A stretch of DNA of 64,000 nucleotides from positions 186,001 to 250,000 of the forward strand of contig JBODTK010000012.1 in NCBI GenBank assembly GCA_050613775.1. Reading direction: 5' to 3'. Made by a program: the position numbers and the translations under genes. Every line of letters begins with the position of its first letter. Positions within the stretch are counted from its first letter, which is position 1. Source of the DNA: Neocallimastix sp. 'constans'. Its lineage: Eukaryota. A model generated the notes under the pieces. The model was not told where the DNA came from and did no database searches. It saw only the letters and a list, made by a program, of their open reading frames with translations. Shown piece after piece: positions 11,962-25,432 of this stretch.

Positions 11962-14900
11962 TTATATAATAAAATAATAATTGAATACCCATTTAAAGCA
12001 TAATTCAAATAATAAATTATTTGAATTTGTAGCTTGAACTTTAATAATTATCTTTTTATTATTTTTATTTGACTGTTTTGCATTAGATATATTCTTTGAA
12101 TTATTTTGATAATTAATTGGAATATTAGAATTATTTATTGATTTTAAATTATTATTTGTATTGGAATTATTTGAGGAGTTATTATCATTATTTGAAAATA
12201 TATTTGATTTTATATTTTTGTAAATTTCTGATAAAAGTTCTTCATTGTTATATTTATTTTTAATAAAATCTTTTAAATTTTTCGTTGCCTGTTTTAATTG
12301 TTTATTAACAATTTTATTATCATTAAATTTATTATTTTTATAATCACTAATAATACCATTATGCTTTAAATTATATTGTTTAATATCTGATTTCATTTTA
12401 TTGACAATATTTGAGTCATTGTTAAATATATATTTTATTTTATTTAAATTATTCGTTAAATTGTGATTCGAGATATTTGATTTAATTGTTGAATTATTTG
12501 AATTCTTATATGAATTATTGTTTGAGTTACTATTTGATATATTATTTGAAGTATTATTTGATTTATTATTTGAGATATTGTTTGAATTATTATTTGAAAT
12601 TATATTTGAATTATTATTTGGAATATTATTTGATTTATTATTTGAAATAATATTTGAATTATTACTTGGAATATTATTTGATTTATTAGTAGAAATATTT
12701 GATTCATAATTGTCGTTGTAAATTTTGTTATTATTTAATGAGTTATTATTATCATTGTTTTGAGAATACTCATGAGAATCTTCACTTGAATAGTTACTGT
12801 CGTTGAAATTTGAAGTATTATTATTATTGAAATTTTGTTGAATTAAGAGTACATTTTGATTGTTGTTACTTTGGTGATGAACATTTGAATTATTTTCATT
12901 TGATTCATATTCTAAATCTTCGTCTTCGTCTTCATCTTCTTCTGTGTTAAGTTCTTCAGGTGTGTAATTTTCTTTATAATTTGTTTTGTTATTAAAATTA
13001 AAGTTACCAGGGATATCTTCTTCGAATACGGCATCACGAACAATATGAATTTTGCAATCATTAGTTCCAAAAATAACATATCCTGGAGAATGTTCATCAT
13101 ATCCTAAGAAAATTCCGGGTAATGTGTTATTATCAAATTTTGAGTTTTTAAGGGAAGCGTCTACATAGTAGTATGCTCTGCATCCAAAAACACGAAGATT
13201 GTCAATATTCACTTCTTTATGGTAGTATAATTCATCAGGAATTTTAAACTTTATTGCAGTTCTTGGAGTCATATTGTATATTTTAACAGCGGTTCTTACA
13301 GCATCTTCCCAAAAATGGTAGCTTAATTTTGCTTGATTTAATAATGCTTTTGTAGCATTTATTATTGTTCCATTTAATCTTTCAGCTCTTCCATTGCTTT
13401 GTGGGTTTCTTGGAACGATAAGATTTCTTTGTATACCTGCTTTGTTGCTGATATCTATGAATTTTCTTGATGTATATTCTTTTCCATTGTCACTTTGTAT
13501 TTTTGTTATTGTTAAATTTGATTCATTTGTCACCATTCATATGAAATTTTCAAAAATTTCTGGAACTTCGGATTTTCTTTTTAGTAGATATATCCAACTT
13601 TTTCTTGTGAAATCATCAAGGAAAGTTAAAATATATTTGAAATTATTCCTTGATTCTTTAAGAGGTCCAATAATGTCCGAGTGGATTAGTTCCAATGGCC
13701 TTGTACTTCTTGCGTTTAAAGTTTTTCTAAAAGGTTCTTTTTTCAGCTTTGATATTTTGCAGCCAATACATAGAGTTTTGTTAATTGTGTGTCCATTTAG
13801 GAATTTAATAAGATTATTGTTATAGAAATGGCACAGTCTTTTATGCCATATACTTAAGGAGTATTGGTCTAGATTGCTACTTTGTAAACTGTATATTGTT
13901 TTATAATTTCCTTGTTTATTATTAACGTAAATATTACAAATTTTGATTGAGTTTTCTTTTTCTATGCATAAAAGTTGACCATTCAATTTCGCTAATCTAA
14001 AGTATGCATTGTTATCAATAATGATAACATCAGCTAAGTATTGTCTTTTAAGATCGTTGAATGATATTAATGTTTTATTTTCATTAATATCTTCTGAATA
14101 TAATACATTTTTTATTATGAAGTAAATATTATTGATGTATCCCGTAAGATCTCCAATTTTTGAAACTTGTACTATTTCTTTTTCCTTTGTTGGTAGTATC
14201 ATATTAGTATGATAATCTCTAACATTACATAGATTTTTTAATGATCCCGTGATATTTGAAGATGCTCCAGAATCTATGGATATTACATATCCATTATTAT
14301 AATCTGGATGACATTTATGATTGTTAATAAATTCATATATAGTTTTTCTATTTAGGTCGTTTGTAATTATATTTGGAATCATAGGTGGAAGTGGACTATC
14401 ATGAGGTTTTACTAATTTATTTTTACCAATAAGGTTTAATTCTAGATTATTATTATTTTCTATGTTATTGATTATTATATCACGTGATTCCATAATTTTA
14501 TTTGATATATTTGATTTATGTTCATCATGAATTGATTCATTTGAAATATTATAGTTGATTGGATTTGTTTTAGGTTTGTTATAGTCCCCTAAATAATTGA
14601 TTATTAAATCATTTGATTCATAAGAGTTATTCATTGGTGGTTCAGGAGACATTTCATATGGATTTTCTATATCTAGTCAGATATTCTTTTCATGGGTTTC
14701 TTGAGATTCATCATAGTCACTGAGGGCATCAATGATTTCTAGGTTGTTGATTGTATCTTGGGCTAGGTTAATATTGCTGAACTTTCTTGCTATTTCTTTA
14801 ATTTTATTATTAGGATTCCTTGCATTAAAGTAGCAATTTCTTGTGAAATGGTCATGTTTGTCACAGATTGAACAGTACTTCTCGTTATTTCTTTTGGTCT

Positions 14901-15724
14901 TGTTCCTGTTAATTTTGCTATTTTTCTGGTTTCTTCTTCTCCGATTATTATTGTTATAGTTATTATTATAGTTATTATTATAGTTATTTTTATAATTATT
15001 ATTATAATTATTGTGATTATTATTCCTAGAATTATTTTGGGAATGATTATGATTCGCATTTTTTATAAAAGAAACTTCTTCTACTGGTTTTGGGTCTTCC
15101 GCATTTAAAGTTCTTTTGGCTATAGTTCTGATTTCATTTGCAATCTCTTGAAGATTGTCTTTATAATTGAATTTGACATAGTTTTTATATTCCCCTGGGA
15201 GTCCCTTCAGGAGTAATTTGAATTTTTCATCTTCGTCTATTGTTTTTCCTAATTCTTTGAGTAGATTACAAAGATGTTCGAATTCTGTAGTAAATTTGAT
15301 TACTTCTTTGTCCGTCTTGGCTCTTAGATTTTTTAAACGGTCGTATAAATCTGGAACTTTGTTGATATTTATTATTATATTCGCTTTCTAGATATTTATA
15401 CATTTCGTAGGCCGATTTTAATCGAAGGCCTATCAACGTGGCTTTGGTTTCTTTGGAAACCGAGCATAAGATTTGTTGGCGAGCTCTACCGTCCTTTTCT
15501 TTAATTAGAGAAATTGAATTTTCAATATTCTTCTTATCTTCTTTTTTAGATTTGAGTTTATCATATAACTCATTTAATTCTTCGTTGGCGTTGAATTGGA
15601 TGTATTTGTCTATGTGATTTATTTCGAGATTGGTTCTCAATTCGTACGCCCAAATGTCAAAGTTCTCTTCATTTAATATCTCTCTTGGAGTTGAAGATGA
15701 ATCTAAATTGTTAGAAGTATTCAT
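11962..15724 (-). pseudogene. Copia-1 gag-protease-integrase, interrupted
   Basis: gag ENFDIWAYEL; zinc knuckle CSICDKHDHFTRNC (about 14835-14880); protease ISIDSGAS; WHKRLCH...CIGC; integrase LELIHSDIIGP...IQSDNGKEY...PQSNGRAERLN. In-frame TGA at 13537-13539 plus frameshifts. Ends at CFKWVF, the start of RT. Confidence 0.88.
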
Positions 15725-15780
15725 ATTTATAAGAAAGGCGGTTTTAAATAACGGATATATTTTTATAAATAAGAGCTAAT

Positions 15781-15794
15781 TGAGACTCTTAATC
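15781..15794 (-). promoter_or_regulatory. Copia-1 PBS complementary to the anticodon arm of tRNA-Lys(CUU)
   Basis: Plus-strand TGAGACTCTTAATC abuts the 5' LTR and equals the conserved tRNA-Lys(CTT) anticodon stem-loop sequence as I recall it. Confidence 0.75.
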
Positions 15795-16884
15795 TGAGAA
15801 AAGTATGTGTGTTTTTTATAATAAACTTTATTTATTTTTGTATTTATTTAATACATAAATTTTATTAATGTAAAGAACTCATTTTTTTAAGATAATAAAA
15901 ATAATTATTTTTTATAGTAAAAATTACATATTTAATCATGTGATAATTCTATGAATTAATACACATAGATAAATGTTACACAACATAAAAATATAAGAAT
16001 AAAATATTAATATAAGATAAGAATATAATATTGATAATAATATAAGAATATAAAATAAAATGTGATTATTTTAACATTATTTTCCTTTGAATTATTTTTA
16101 TTAATTTCTTAAGGGTTAGTTTAAATTAAATTAAATTAAATTCACTTTAATAAATTAGTTCAAACCCTTTTGTTTTTAAATATTAAATATTCCTAGTAGT
16201 TATTTTTAAAATTAAAATTGTCAATAACGAAATTTAATTTCAATTATAAATCTACTAATATTCTTTATTATCCAAATGGGACGAAATGCTCAAATAAGAT
16301 GTAAAATTTTATATTACTTTTATTTATTCATTTTCTTTTTTCTCTCTCCTCTTTTTATTAAGGGTTAATTTGTTATTAATATTACTTTTACATACAATTG
16401 GAATTTCTATTTAATTTAATATACATGTTGATTTTTAATTATTTTACAATAAATAATTTATTTCAATTAAAAATTATATACTAACTTAATAACATAATTG
16501 TTTTTAGCTTTAATATCATTAATTAATTATATGCATGATAATTTTATTTATTTTAAATAATTATTTCAATTAAAAAAATAATTTATAATTTAGTTGTTTA
16601 TAACTTTAATAACATCAATTCATTATGTACATACATGACATATTCAATTAATAGTATTGAAAATGGTAATCATCAGAAAACTAGTATCAATAGTGAAATT
16701 ATTCATGAATTATACAATGCTATAGCTAATAAAATTAGTATTGAAAGTTCATCTACATTTTAATTATTTTTTTTTATTTATTTAAACTATTAACTTAAAT
16801 ATTTTTATTTTTGCTTATTTATTAATTTGACTCCGAAAATATTAAATTTTTTTTATTTTTTTCTGAAGGTAACTTACCGTGACA

Positions 16885-17645
16885 TCCCTCCTTAAGAGAA
16901 AACTTCCTCCCTTGAAGTCTGTTCAAGCATTTATAATTCAGAAAAATAAGGAATTACATTCTTTAAATGAATGTTTTTTTTTTCCGCAACTTCTCCTGAA
17001 ATGGGCTCACAAACTGTAATGGTATTTAAGTTCCTTTTTATACTATTTTTAAGGGTTAAGTAAAGTATGGATCCAGTTTCCTTCTATTAAAAACTTTAAT
17101 TTATACTAGATCCCCCAACCTTATATTCGACACGCATTCTTCAAACAAATTATTTACGTCTATCACTCCAAAGCTTATTTGCGGTTTCAATATTGTCGAT
17201 TGCTTATCATATCCATTTATGATGTTGTATAAATTTTTACAGCCAATCTTCTTTTTTCGTATTTATCTCTCCATTCTTTATTCAATATTAATTCCATTGA
17301 TAGTGAATCCTGTCTTCCATATAACAATTTAAAAGCTACTGAATTTATACATGTTCTCACCCCTCACAAATCACTTGGTAATTGTTCATCCCATTCTTCT
17401 TCTAAGTTTGCCAAGAGTTTTAAGATAAACAATTTCTTTGTTTCTATTCTCGATTTCAGCCGTTTGTTAAAAGGATGGTAAGTTGTTTCGTAGTTTACAT
17501 AGACATCGTGGAGGTCGAGAAACGCTTTTAGTTTTTATCAGCATAGAATGGTGGACCATTGTCAGTTATCAACACTTTTAGAGTACCATGATGAACGAAA
17601 ACCTTCTTTAAGAACTTTATCACTTCATTAGAGCTCTCGTTTCTT
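16885..17645 (-). pseudogene. 3' part of a Gypsy integrase (outermost host element), followed by PPT AAGGAGGGA and a TGTCACGG LTR start at 16884
   Basis: FLKKVFVHHGTLKVLITDNGPPF...EEWDEQLP...FKLLYGR. Contiguous with 43535-43880 across the TTCTT TSD. Confidence 0.8.
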
Positions 17646-18171
17646 TGTTAGATGGTCAAATGTGATGTATTTAATTATGTTAACTTTATTATTGTAACGA
17701 GAGGAACACTCAAATAAGAGAAAACAATAGGCAGCACTGAATATTAATAATAAGTAAAAAATTGTTTTGTTAGAAATTGTATTATTTAATATTTTTATTT
17801 TTTTTTTTTTAAAGATAAATTTATTTAAAATATTTAATTATTAATTAATTAATATTGTAATATATCAAATTACTTATTATTAATTAATCAATTAATAAAA
17901 GCACGAATTAAAAATATTTCTTTTGTGAAAATTTACTCATATTTATACTTTTTACGGAAAAACAGTTTGTATGATTTTCAAAAATTTTAGAATCTTAGAA
18001 AAATCGTTTAAAACTGATTTTCTCGGTTAATTTAGAAACTAATGGAAAAAAGGATAAAATAAAATAAAAAATTCAATTTAATTATTAAGAATTTCTATGA
18101 AATTCTTAAAGAAAATATAGAAAGAATTAACTAGAACAATGAAAATAAAATATTCAAAAAGTAGGTTTAAT

Positions 18172-18233
18172 GGTGAATTGAACTCGAATAGTTTGATTCA
18201 TGGCTATAGCTCTAACGACTATACCAAGATTTC
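18172..18233 (-). promoter_or_regulatory. tRNA-type (type 2) Pol III promoter inside LTR U3
   Basis: Minus-strand A box TGGTATAGTCG starts at 18226. B box GTTCAATTC starts at 18183, 43 nt downstream, which is tRNA-like spacing. Confidence 0.6.
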
Positions 18234-18248
18234 TTTTTACAAATTGTT

Positions 18249-19100
18249 TGATACGGGGTGTCACTAAATACCTTGTATTTCCTATTAAATACTCTTAATA
18301 ATAATAAAATAAAATTATTATTAAATATTCTTATTAAAATCTTTTATTAATATCAAATCTAATAAAAATAATTATTAAATATTTTATTAATATTAAATAT
18401 AATAAAAATTATTACTAAATATTCTTATTAAAAATTATATAATATTTAAATCATTACTAATTCTTATTTTTATATTAAGAATAATAAAAACCTATTTCAA
18501 TAAATATTTGATGTAAAATACAGAATTATAAGTTTCTGTATAATATTTTCTAAAACCTTTGAAATAAACTAAAAATAAAACAAAATTAAAAATAAATTAA
18601 ATCTTTATTAAAATAAAAATGAACTAAAATACAGAAGAATTCCAATAATAAAAATGATCTAAAATACAGAAAATATCAATTCTGTATAATTTTCTCTCTG
18701 AATAACAATATCATGAAGAAGCTACCGCCTGGAATGCCCTTCGTGATACAAGCTCCAAATTAATTTTTTTATATTTTTATTTAATAAATGTTATTTTTTT
18801 TTTTTTTAAAAAATAATTTAAAATAATAGTTAAAAATTAAAATAAAATAGTTATAATAGTTTTTTTTTTATAAAGAATATATTAATAATAAATAAAATGT
18901 ATTAAAATAAAAGTATAAAAAGAAGAATAAATTTCTTTCTTTTTAATACTTGGAACAAATAATTTTAATTTTAAATTTAAATAAAGAATATTTTAAAATT
19001 TAATTTTTTTCTTGTTTCCAAATTTATTTTTATAGTTATGTGTTAATATTTATTTTTTTTTGTTTTGAATATCTTAGTGTTTCAACCCCAGCCCGTATCA
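18249..19100. mobile_element. Stack unit A: solo-LTR-like element, 4-bp TSD TGTT
   Basis: Perfect 9-bp terminal inverted repeat TGATACGGG...CCCGTATCA. TGTT at 18245-18248 and 19101-19104. Confidence 0.75.
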
Positions 19101-20408
19101 TGTTTGGTAAAGAATGAATTAATAACCTTTATTTTATTATTGTACTTTCCTATATTGTTAAAAAGTAAACAGGTTGAATTTAACGAGGAATCAGGTTGAT
19201 ATATCTATATAATATAACTATATAGATATAAGTAAATTACTAAAATAAAAGAGTTATAAAGTTAAATTTGTTAATTTAACACTTAATTAAAACTAATAAT
19301 TGGTTTGATATGATAAAAATTTTTATTTATTAATAAAAATATATAGTTATATTATAATAGGTTAACTATAACCTTACAAAGGACAAAAAGATAAATTTGA
19401 ATTTTCTTTTTATACTTTGTAGGTTTGAGAATATTGATAATAATAATATAAAGTTGATAATAATAATATTTAGTATAAGAATATGTTTAATATAAATAAA
19501 TTATATTTTTTAATCTAATATATTAGCTAATATATATAATATAATATTAAATTTAAATATTTAATATAGTAATTAATAATTAATAATTAATTAAATCAAT
19601 ATAACATAAATTAATACATAAACATTAATTTATGAATCAAGGATGACATGACCAAATGATTCATGTTAATAAATATTTTATTTATTAATAATATTTAAGT
19701 TTAATATGATATCATTAGAATCAGTAGGCCTAAGCTGGTCCTAAGATGATCAAATAACTTATAATATTATAAAATAAATAAAATTTAAAGAATAATTAAT
19801 GAATTATAAATTTTTATTAATTATTTTGTTTTTAATAATTTTAATTGAAATTAATTGAAATTGAAATTTAATTCAGTTGTAATTTCGACAACGCCCTTCC
19901 ACAAAAATCGGATTCCAGACGATTTTGTGTAACGTTACATAAAGAAATTATTATATTTATAAAATTGTATATTTTAAAAAATTTTTTTTTTTTTTTTTTT
20001 TTTGAAGTAAAAAGGTCACATGAGTCCTTTAAAGAACACATTACAAGTGGCCATTTCATGGAAATTTCGAAATTGTCAAAATTTACTGAAATTAAAATTT
20101 TGTTATAAAATTAAATATCGAGAAATATAATGGTGTGAATTTTATTAAAAATTTCGTTGAAAAAATGTAAAATTGAAATTTTGAAATTGAAATTGAAATT
20201 TCATCTTAATTTTATGCATTAAATTGAAAATTTTTAAATATAGTGAAAATTTATAATTTAATGAATATAATAATGTAAAAATAAATAAAGTATTATTAAA
20301 TTTCGATTTTTTAAAAATTTTTGAAATTTTGAAATGTAAAATTTTAAATTAACTAATTTAATTTTGAAATATTATTATTTAATATACTATTTATAGCTTA
20401 AGTATAAT

Positions 20409-20458
<50 letters not shown>

Positions 20459-20464
<6 letters not shown>

Positions 20465-23400
20465 ATAAGAAAGAGAAGTGAATTTTCTATTATTCTTTAA
20501 ATATTCTTGATATATTCTTTGATTCCTTGGATTATTTTCAACTTCATAAGAAGGCACCCAATTACTTGAACTTTTATATTTGTATCTAACTCTATATTCG
20601 TAGCAGTTTTTCTTGTAGTTTGTCCTAAATCCAGAAATTTCAATAATATCATTAATGGATTCATTGTGCGAACTTCTATTTAAAAACTTTTGCGGAGTTG
20701 GGACATAAGGTTCCAATTCAGAGATATGAAAGATTGGATGATGTTTTGGAAAAGGTGACTTTTTAAGATCAATTTTATAATTATTATTCTCTAAAACATC
20801 GATTACCTTGTAAGGTCCATATTTGCAAGGAGCGAGTTTAGAACAATCTTCAATATTTAAGGAAGGAGGTGCTTGAATCCAAACCAAGTCACCTTCTTTT
20901 ATTACAGGAGGTGGCATCCTTTTCTTATCCGCATAATTTTTATATAATTCTTTAGATCTTAATAAGACATCTTTAATATGATTAAAACTTGTACTTACAT
21001 TTTTAATAAATTTACTATTAGTATCAACTTGGGGTAGTAAGAAATATTCGTCCATAGATGGATGAAATCCATAGTTAATAAAGAAAGGTGTTTCTTTTGT
21101 AGATTCATTGACTGAATTATTATAAGCGAACTCTGCAAGATAGATCCAATTAATCCAATCGTCGTGATAATAAGATCTTGAATAAGCTCTTAAATACTGT
21201 TCAATAAAGGAGTTACATCTCTCAACTTGACCAACAGTCTCATGATGATCTGTTGTAGCTAATTTGGATTTAATATTAAGTAATTTCATGAATTCTTTCC
21301 AAAGTGCACTTGTAAACTGAGGACCTCTATCTGTATACATATCATAAGGAAGGCCATGTAATTTATAAACATTATTCATAAATGCTTTGGCAGTTTGTTT
21401 TGCATCAGGAATTTGTTTGAAAGGTATTAAGTGAATCATTTTAGAGAAACGATCCACTACAACCATTATTACCGTATATCCCTTTGAATCCGGGAGGCCA
21501 CATAAAAAGTCAACTTCTATAGATTTCCAAGGTCTATCAGGTGTTTCCAACGGTTGTAGAAAGCCATATTTCCTATGTCTATTAATTTTATTTCTTGCAC
21601 AACATTCACAGGAATTGACAAATTTTATAACATCATCTTGCATTTTGGGCCACCAAAAGTTTCTTGTAATTAATTCAAGAGTTCTTTTAATTCCAAGATG
21701 ACCAGCGGAAGGCTTTTCATGATATTTAGTTAAGATTTCTAATCTTAAAATTTCAGGAATATAAATTAAATTATTATATAATATAATATTATCCTTTATT
21801 TTGAACTTATTCATTTTCCTAAAGGGTTTATAGGACATATCATTTTTAATATTCTGTGGGCTAAAATAGAGTCTAATATCATCAGCTGTGGCATCTGTTT
21901 TTGTAGCTTCTATAATTCTTTCTAAAAGATCGCTAACAACACCAATAAAACATGGAACTTCCTTTACATTTTTTATGTCAAGAATATTTTCGGTTTTAGT
22001 TTCTTCATTATTTTTTATATAATCTGGTCTTCTTGAAAGAGAATCAGGTTTTCCATTATTGGAACCTTGTCTATAAATTAATTCAAAATTATATTCTTGG
22101 AAGAACATATGCCATCTATGTTGCCTTTGATTACCAATTTTACCACCAAGGGTATATAATAAGTTCCTATGATCAGTATAAACAGTTACTTTGTATTTCG
22201 CACCAAGTAATAAATGTCTCCATGCCAAAAAGGCTTCTCTAATAGCTAACAACTCCTTGTCTGTAATAGTATAATTAATTTCTGCACCTTGTAAGCTTCT
22301 TGAGAAATATGCAACTGGATGTAATTTATTATTATCATCCTTTTGTGATAAAACAGCACCAAGGGCAAAGTTACTTGCATCACATTCAACAATAAATGGT
22401 TTATTATTATCCGGATGGAATAAAACTGGAGAACTGGTTAATCTTTTCTTTAATTCTGAGAATGATTCTTCACATTTGTTATTCCAATTAAATTTAATAT
22501 TTTTTCTGGTTAAATTATGTAAAGGTTTTGCAATTTTTGCAAAATCTTTAACAAATCTTCTATAATAATTGCAAAGACCTAAAAACCTCTGTACGTCCTT
22601 TAAGTTATTTGGTTGAGGCCAGTCTTTAATTGATTCTATTTTCTTCGGATCGGTAGTGACACCTTGACCTGATAATACATATCCAAGGAATTCAACTTTC
22701 TCTTTATCAAATTCGCATTTTTCTAATTTTGCATATAAGTTATTATTAATTAATGCTTGCAAAACCTCCCTAACTTGTTTATGATGTTCTTTTAAATCTT
22801 TGGAGTAGATTAAAATATCGTCTAAATAAAGAATAACACTTTTTTCTAAATATGGTCTTAGTACCGAATTAATAAACGATTGAAAAGTAGCTGGTGCGTT
22901 TTTTAAACCAAATGGCATAACTAAGTATTCATAGTGACCATATTTAGTTCTGAAAGCTGTCTTGTATTCATCCCCTTCCTTAATACGGATTAAATTATAG
23001 GCTGAACGTAAATCTAATTTTGTAAAATACTTTGCTCCTTTAACCTTTTCAATAATTTCATTAATAAGAGGTATGGGGTACGAGTTTCTTATAGTAACAG
23101 CGTTTAACTTCCTATAGTCTACGCATAACCGAAGTGTACCATCTTTTTTCTTTTGGAATAGAACTGGATAACCTGCAGGTGATTCAGATGGTCTAATAAA
23201 TCCTTTTTTTTAGGTTTTCTTTTATATATTCCTTCAAAACTTTATTTTCCTCTTCGGTTAAGGGATAGATTGGACCATAGTGAAGGGAAGCGTCCTTCTC
23301 CAGCACTATTTTGCAGTCGGTTAAACGATGTGGGGGAAGTTTATCGGCTTCGGCTTTACTAAAAACAATAAATAGATCGCGATATTGAGGCGGAATATCT

Positions 23401-24362
23401 TCAATATTTGGATCTTCATTGTCATTTTTATTAATTTCTTTATTTGATAAGAAGGAATATATTAAAAAATTGTAATTATAGTCATTGTTTAAATTAAAAT
23501 TGTTTTTTAAATATTTATTTTGTTTTTTGAAATAATATTTATATTTATTAATAAAATAATGATTTTTATTAAAAAATTTTTTATAATTAAATTTATCACA
23601 AAATTTTGAAAATTTATTAAGGTTAAGGTTATTAAGTTTTTTATTAAAAAATTTTTTATTATAATTAAACTTCTGATCAAATTTTTTTAAATTTTTTGAA
23701 AAATTTTTATAATTAAATTTTTTTATTGATTTATTAAAAAGTAAATAATTTTTTAAAATTTTATTTTTCATCGACTGTAGATATAAATTGTTTTTGCAAT
23801 ATTTATTAGGATTTTTGTTATTTTTATTTGAAAAATAATAATTTAAGTAAGAATATAATATATTCTTATCATAATTATAGTGAATTTTGAATTTTCGCAT
23901 GAATTGATTACCAAAAAGTAGATCAGTTGGTATGCAATTTGTTATTAGAAATTTTTCATTGTAATTTTTAAAATAAAATTTTTTATTCTTTTGTATTTTT
24001 ATTTGAAATTTTAGCCAAACGTACTGATCTATCTTAGTAGTAGAACCAGATATACCTTTGACTGAAATTTTATTTTTTAAATTATAAATTTTTAAATTTA
24101 GTTTTTGAACTAAATTTTTTGTAATAAAATTACAAAATGATCCAGAATCTAGCATAGATTCAGATGTAATTTTTTGGTTATTTTTAATTTTTAATTTATT
24201 ATTATTAATTGGTAGTCTTGTTGGAATGTAGCAATGGAATAAAAGAAAAGTTGAAGGTAGTTTTTGGGTTGTGATGTTATCAAATGAAGGAAAGTTATAA
24301 TAAATTGTTTTTACATTTTTTGATGAATTGGACTCCGAGTGAAGTCCTTCATTTAGTTTTTT
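20459..24362 (-). CDS. pol: Chromovirus Pol (protease, RT, RNase H, integrase, chromodomain), with one frameshift in an 8-nt homopolymer at 23204-23211
   Basis: LDSGS (protease); LPPHR...[17 protein letters not shown] and YLDD (RT); ECDAS (RNase H); H..H..C..C and DRGPQF (integrase); GPY motif; C-terminal YEYRVRYKYKSSSNWVP chromo-like domain. Confidence 0.92.
24323..24362 (-). promoter_or_regulatory. -1 programmed ribosomal frameshift signal at the gag-pol junction
   Basis: A_AAA_AAC immediately before the gag TAA, followed by stem-loop ATGAA-GGACTTC-ACTC-GGAGTCC-AA-TTCAT. The -1 frame is open into the protease. Confidence 0.8.
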
Positions 24363-25432
24363 GAATTATTATTATTTGTACTATTATTACTGTTATTATT
24401 AATTTTATTAAAGTTATTATTATTATGGACTTTATTATAATTATTATTATAATATTTGTTATAATTGTTATTATTATTATATTTATTATTATTGTTGTTG
24501 TTGTTATTGTGGACATTAGAAGGCTTTTTCTTTAAATTTTTATTACCATTAGATTTTAATTGACCTTTAGATTTCAAGGAATTTTCGTAAAGAATACATC
24601 TAGTATAAATAGTACTAAGATCAGAAGGAAATTCATCCATTTTTTCTATTTCTTCCTGGAACCTTGGGTGCAATCCATTATAAAAGAATAAAACTAAAGC
24701 TTCTTCATTCCAATTCAAACATGTTGTAAGGGTTCGAAATTCATCAATATAATCATTAATTTTCCCAAATGTGTGAGAAATTTTTGCGAGTTGGATCATG
24801 GCTAATTTCTTACTGGCAACATTATTAAAAGCTTTCCTTAATTCTTTAATCAATTCTTCTAATGTTGCTAGACTTCTATCTTTATATTTGGCATAATACC
24901 AATTACGAGCACCATCTCTTAAGCGTGACTTAACATAATTAATTTTTACATCCATAGTAGATTCACAGTTAGGATAAGTCTTAAAAGTATCTTCACAGAG
25001 CTGACAAAAGAGATCGGTTTTCTTAGTATCCCCAGTGAAAAATCCAGGTTCTGGGACTTCTTGAAGTGTATTGGGAATAGTATTCCTCATTATTACATCA
25101 TTGTCTGCCTCTCTTCTTGTTGATATAGAAGCGTTATCATCTTGATTTTGAGAAGCATTAACATTAGGAATAAAATCGAATTTCTGATTTAAAATGCTGG
25201 TAATAGAAGAAAGTTGTTTTATGATATTCTTGTTATCCCTATTTAAAGTAAAAAGTTTCTTTTGAAGATCTTCATTATATTTATTAAAATCTTCTCTTGA
25301 TAAGAATGTAACTTCTGCATCTTTTGCCAGTTCAGAGACAGTAATCTGAGCGTCTGTTCTTAGCTTATTTACTTCCGACATAGGAGCAAAGTCAGGATAG
25401 GAGTTTGCCCACACGTTATTATAAAGGGACAT
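24353..25432 (-). CDS. gag: Chromovirus Gag, 359 aa
   Basis: PEPGFFTGD...KINYVKSRLRDGARNWY...YIDEFRTL...FYNGL retrotransposon capsid motifs, located just inside the 5' LTR. Confidence 0.9.
   Translation of the reverse strand: MSLYNNVWANSYPDFAPMSEVNKLRTDAQITVSELAKDAEVTFLSREDFNKYNEDLQKKLFTLNRDNKNIIKQLSSITSILNQKFDFIPNVNASQNQDDNASISTRREADNDVIMRNTIPNTLQEVPEPGFFTGDTKKTDLFCQLCEDTFKTYPNCESTMDVKINYVKSRLRDGARNWYYAKYKDRSLATLEELIKELRKAFNNVASKKLAMIQLAKISHTFGKINDYIDEFRTLTTCLNWNEEALVLFFYNGLHPRFQEEIEKMDEFPSDLSTIYTRCILYENSLKSKGQLKSNGNKNLKKKPSNVHNNNNNNNNKYNNNNNYNKYYNNNYNKVHNNNNFNKINNNSNNSTNNNNSKN

Larger units (their letters stand above)
11219..16076 (-). mobile_element. Ty1/Copia element 1, lacking RT/RNase H. 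LTRs 15795-16076 (5') and 11219-11517 (3'); TSD TTATT.
   Basis: Near-identical TG...CA direct repeats. TTATT at 11214-11218 and 16077-16081. Domain order gag, CCHC, protease, integrase. Confidence 0.92.

Noticed and set aside
13537..13539. In-frame stops (here, at 33853, and in the signal peptide of 41806-42291) as programmed readthrough or an alternative genetic code
   Set aside because: The stops are of mixed types in decaying elements, and intact ORFs in the window end normally at TAA. Point mutation is the simpler explanation.
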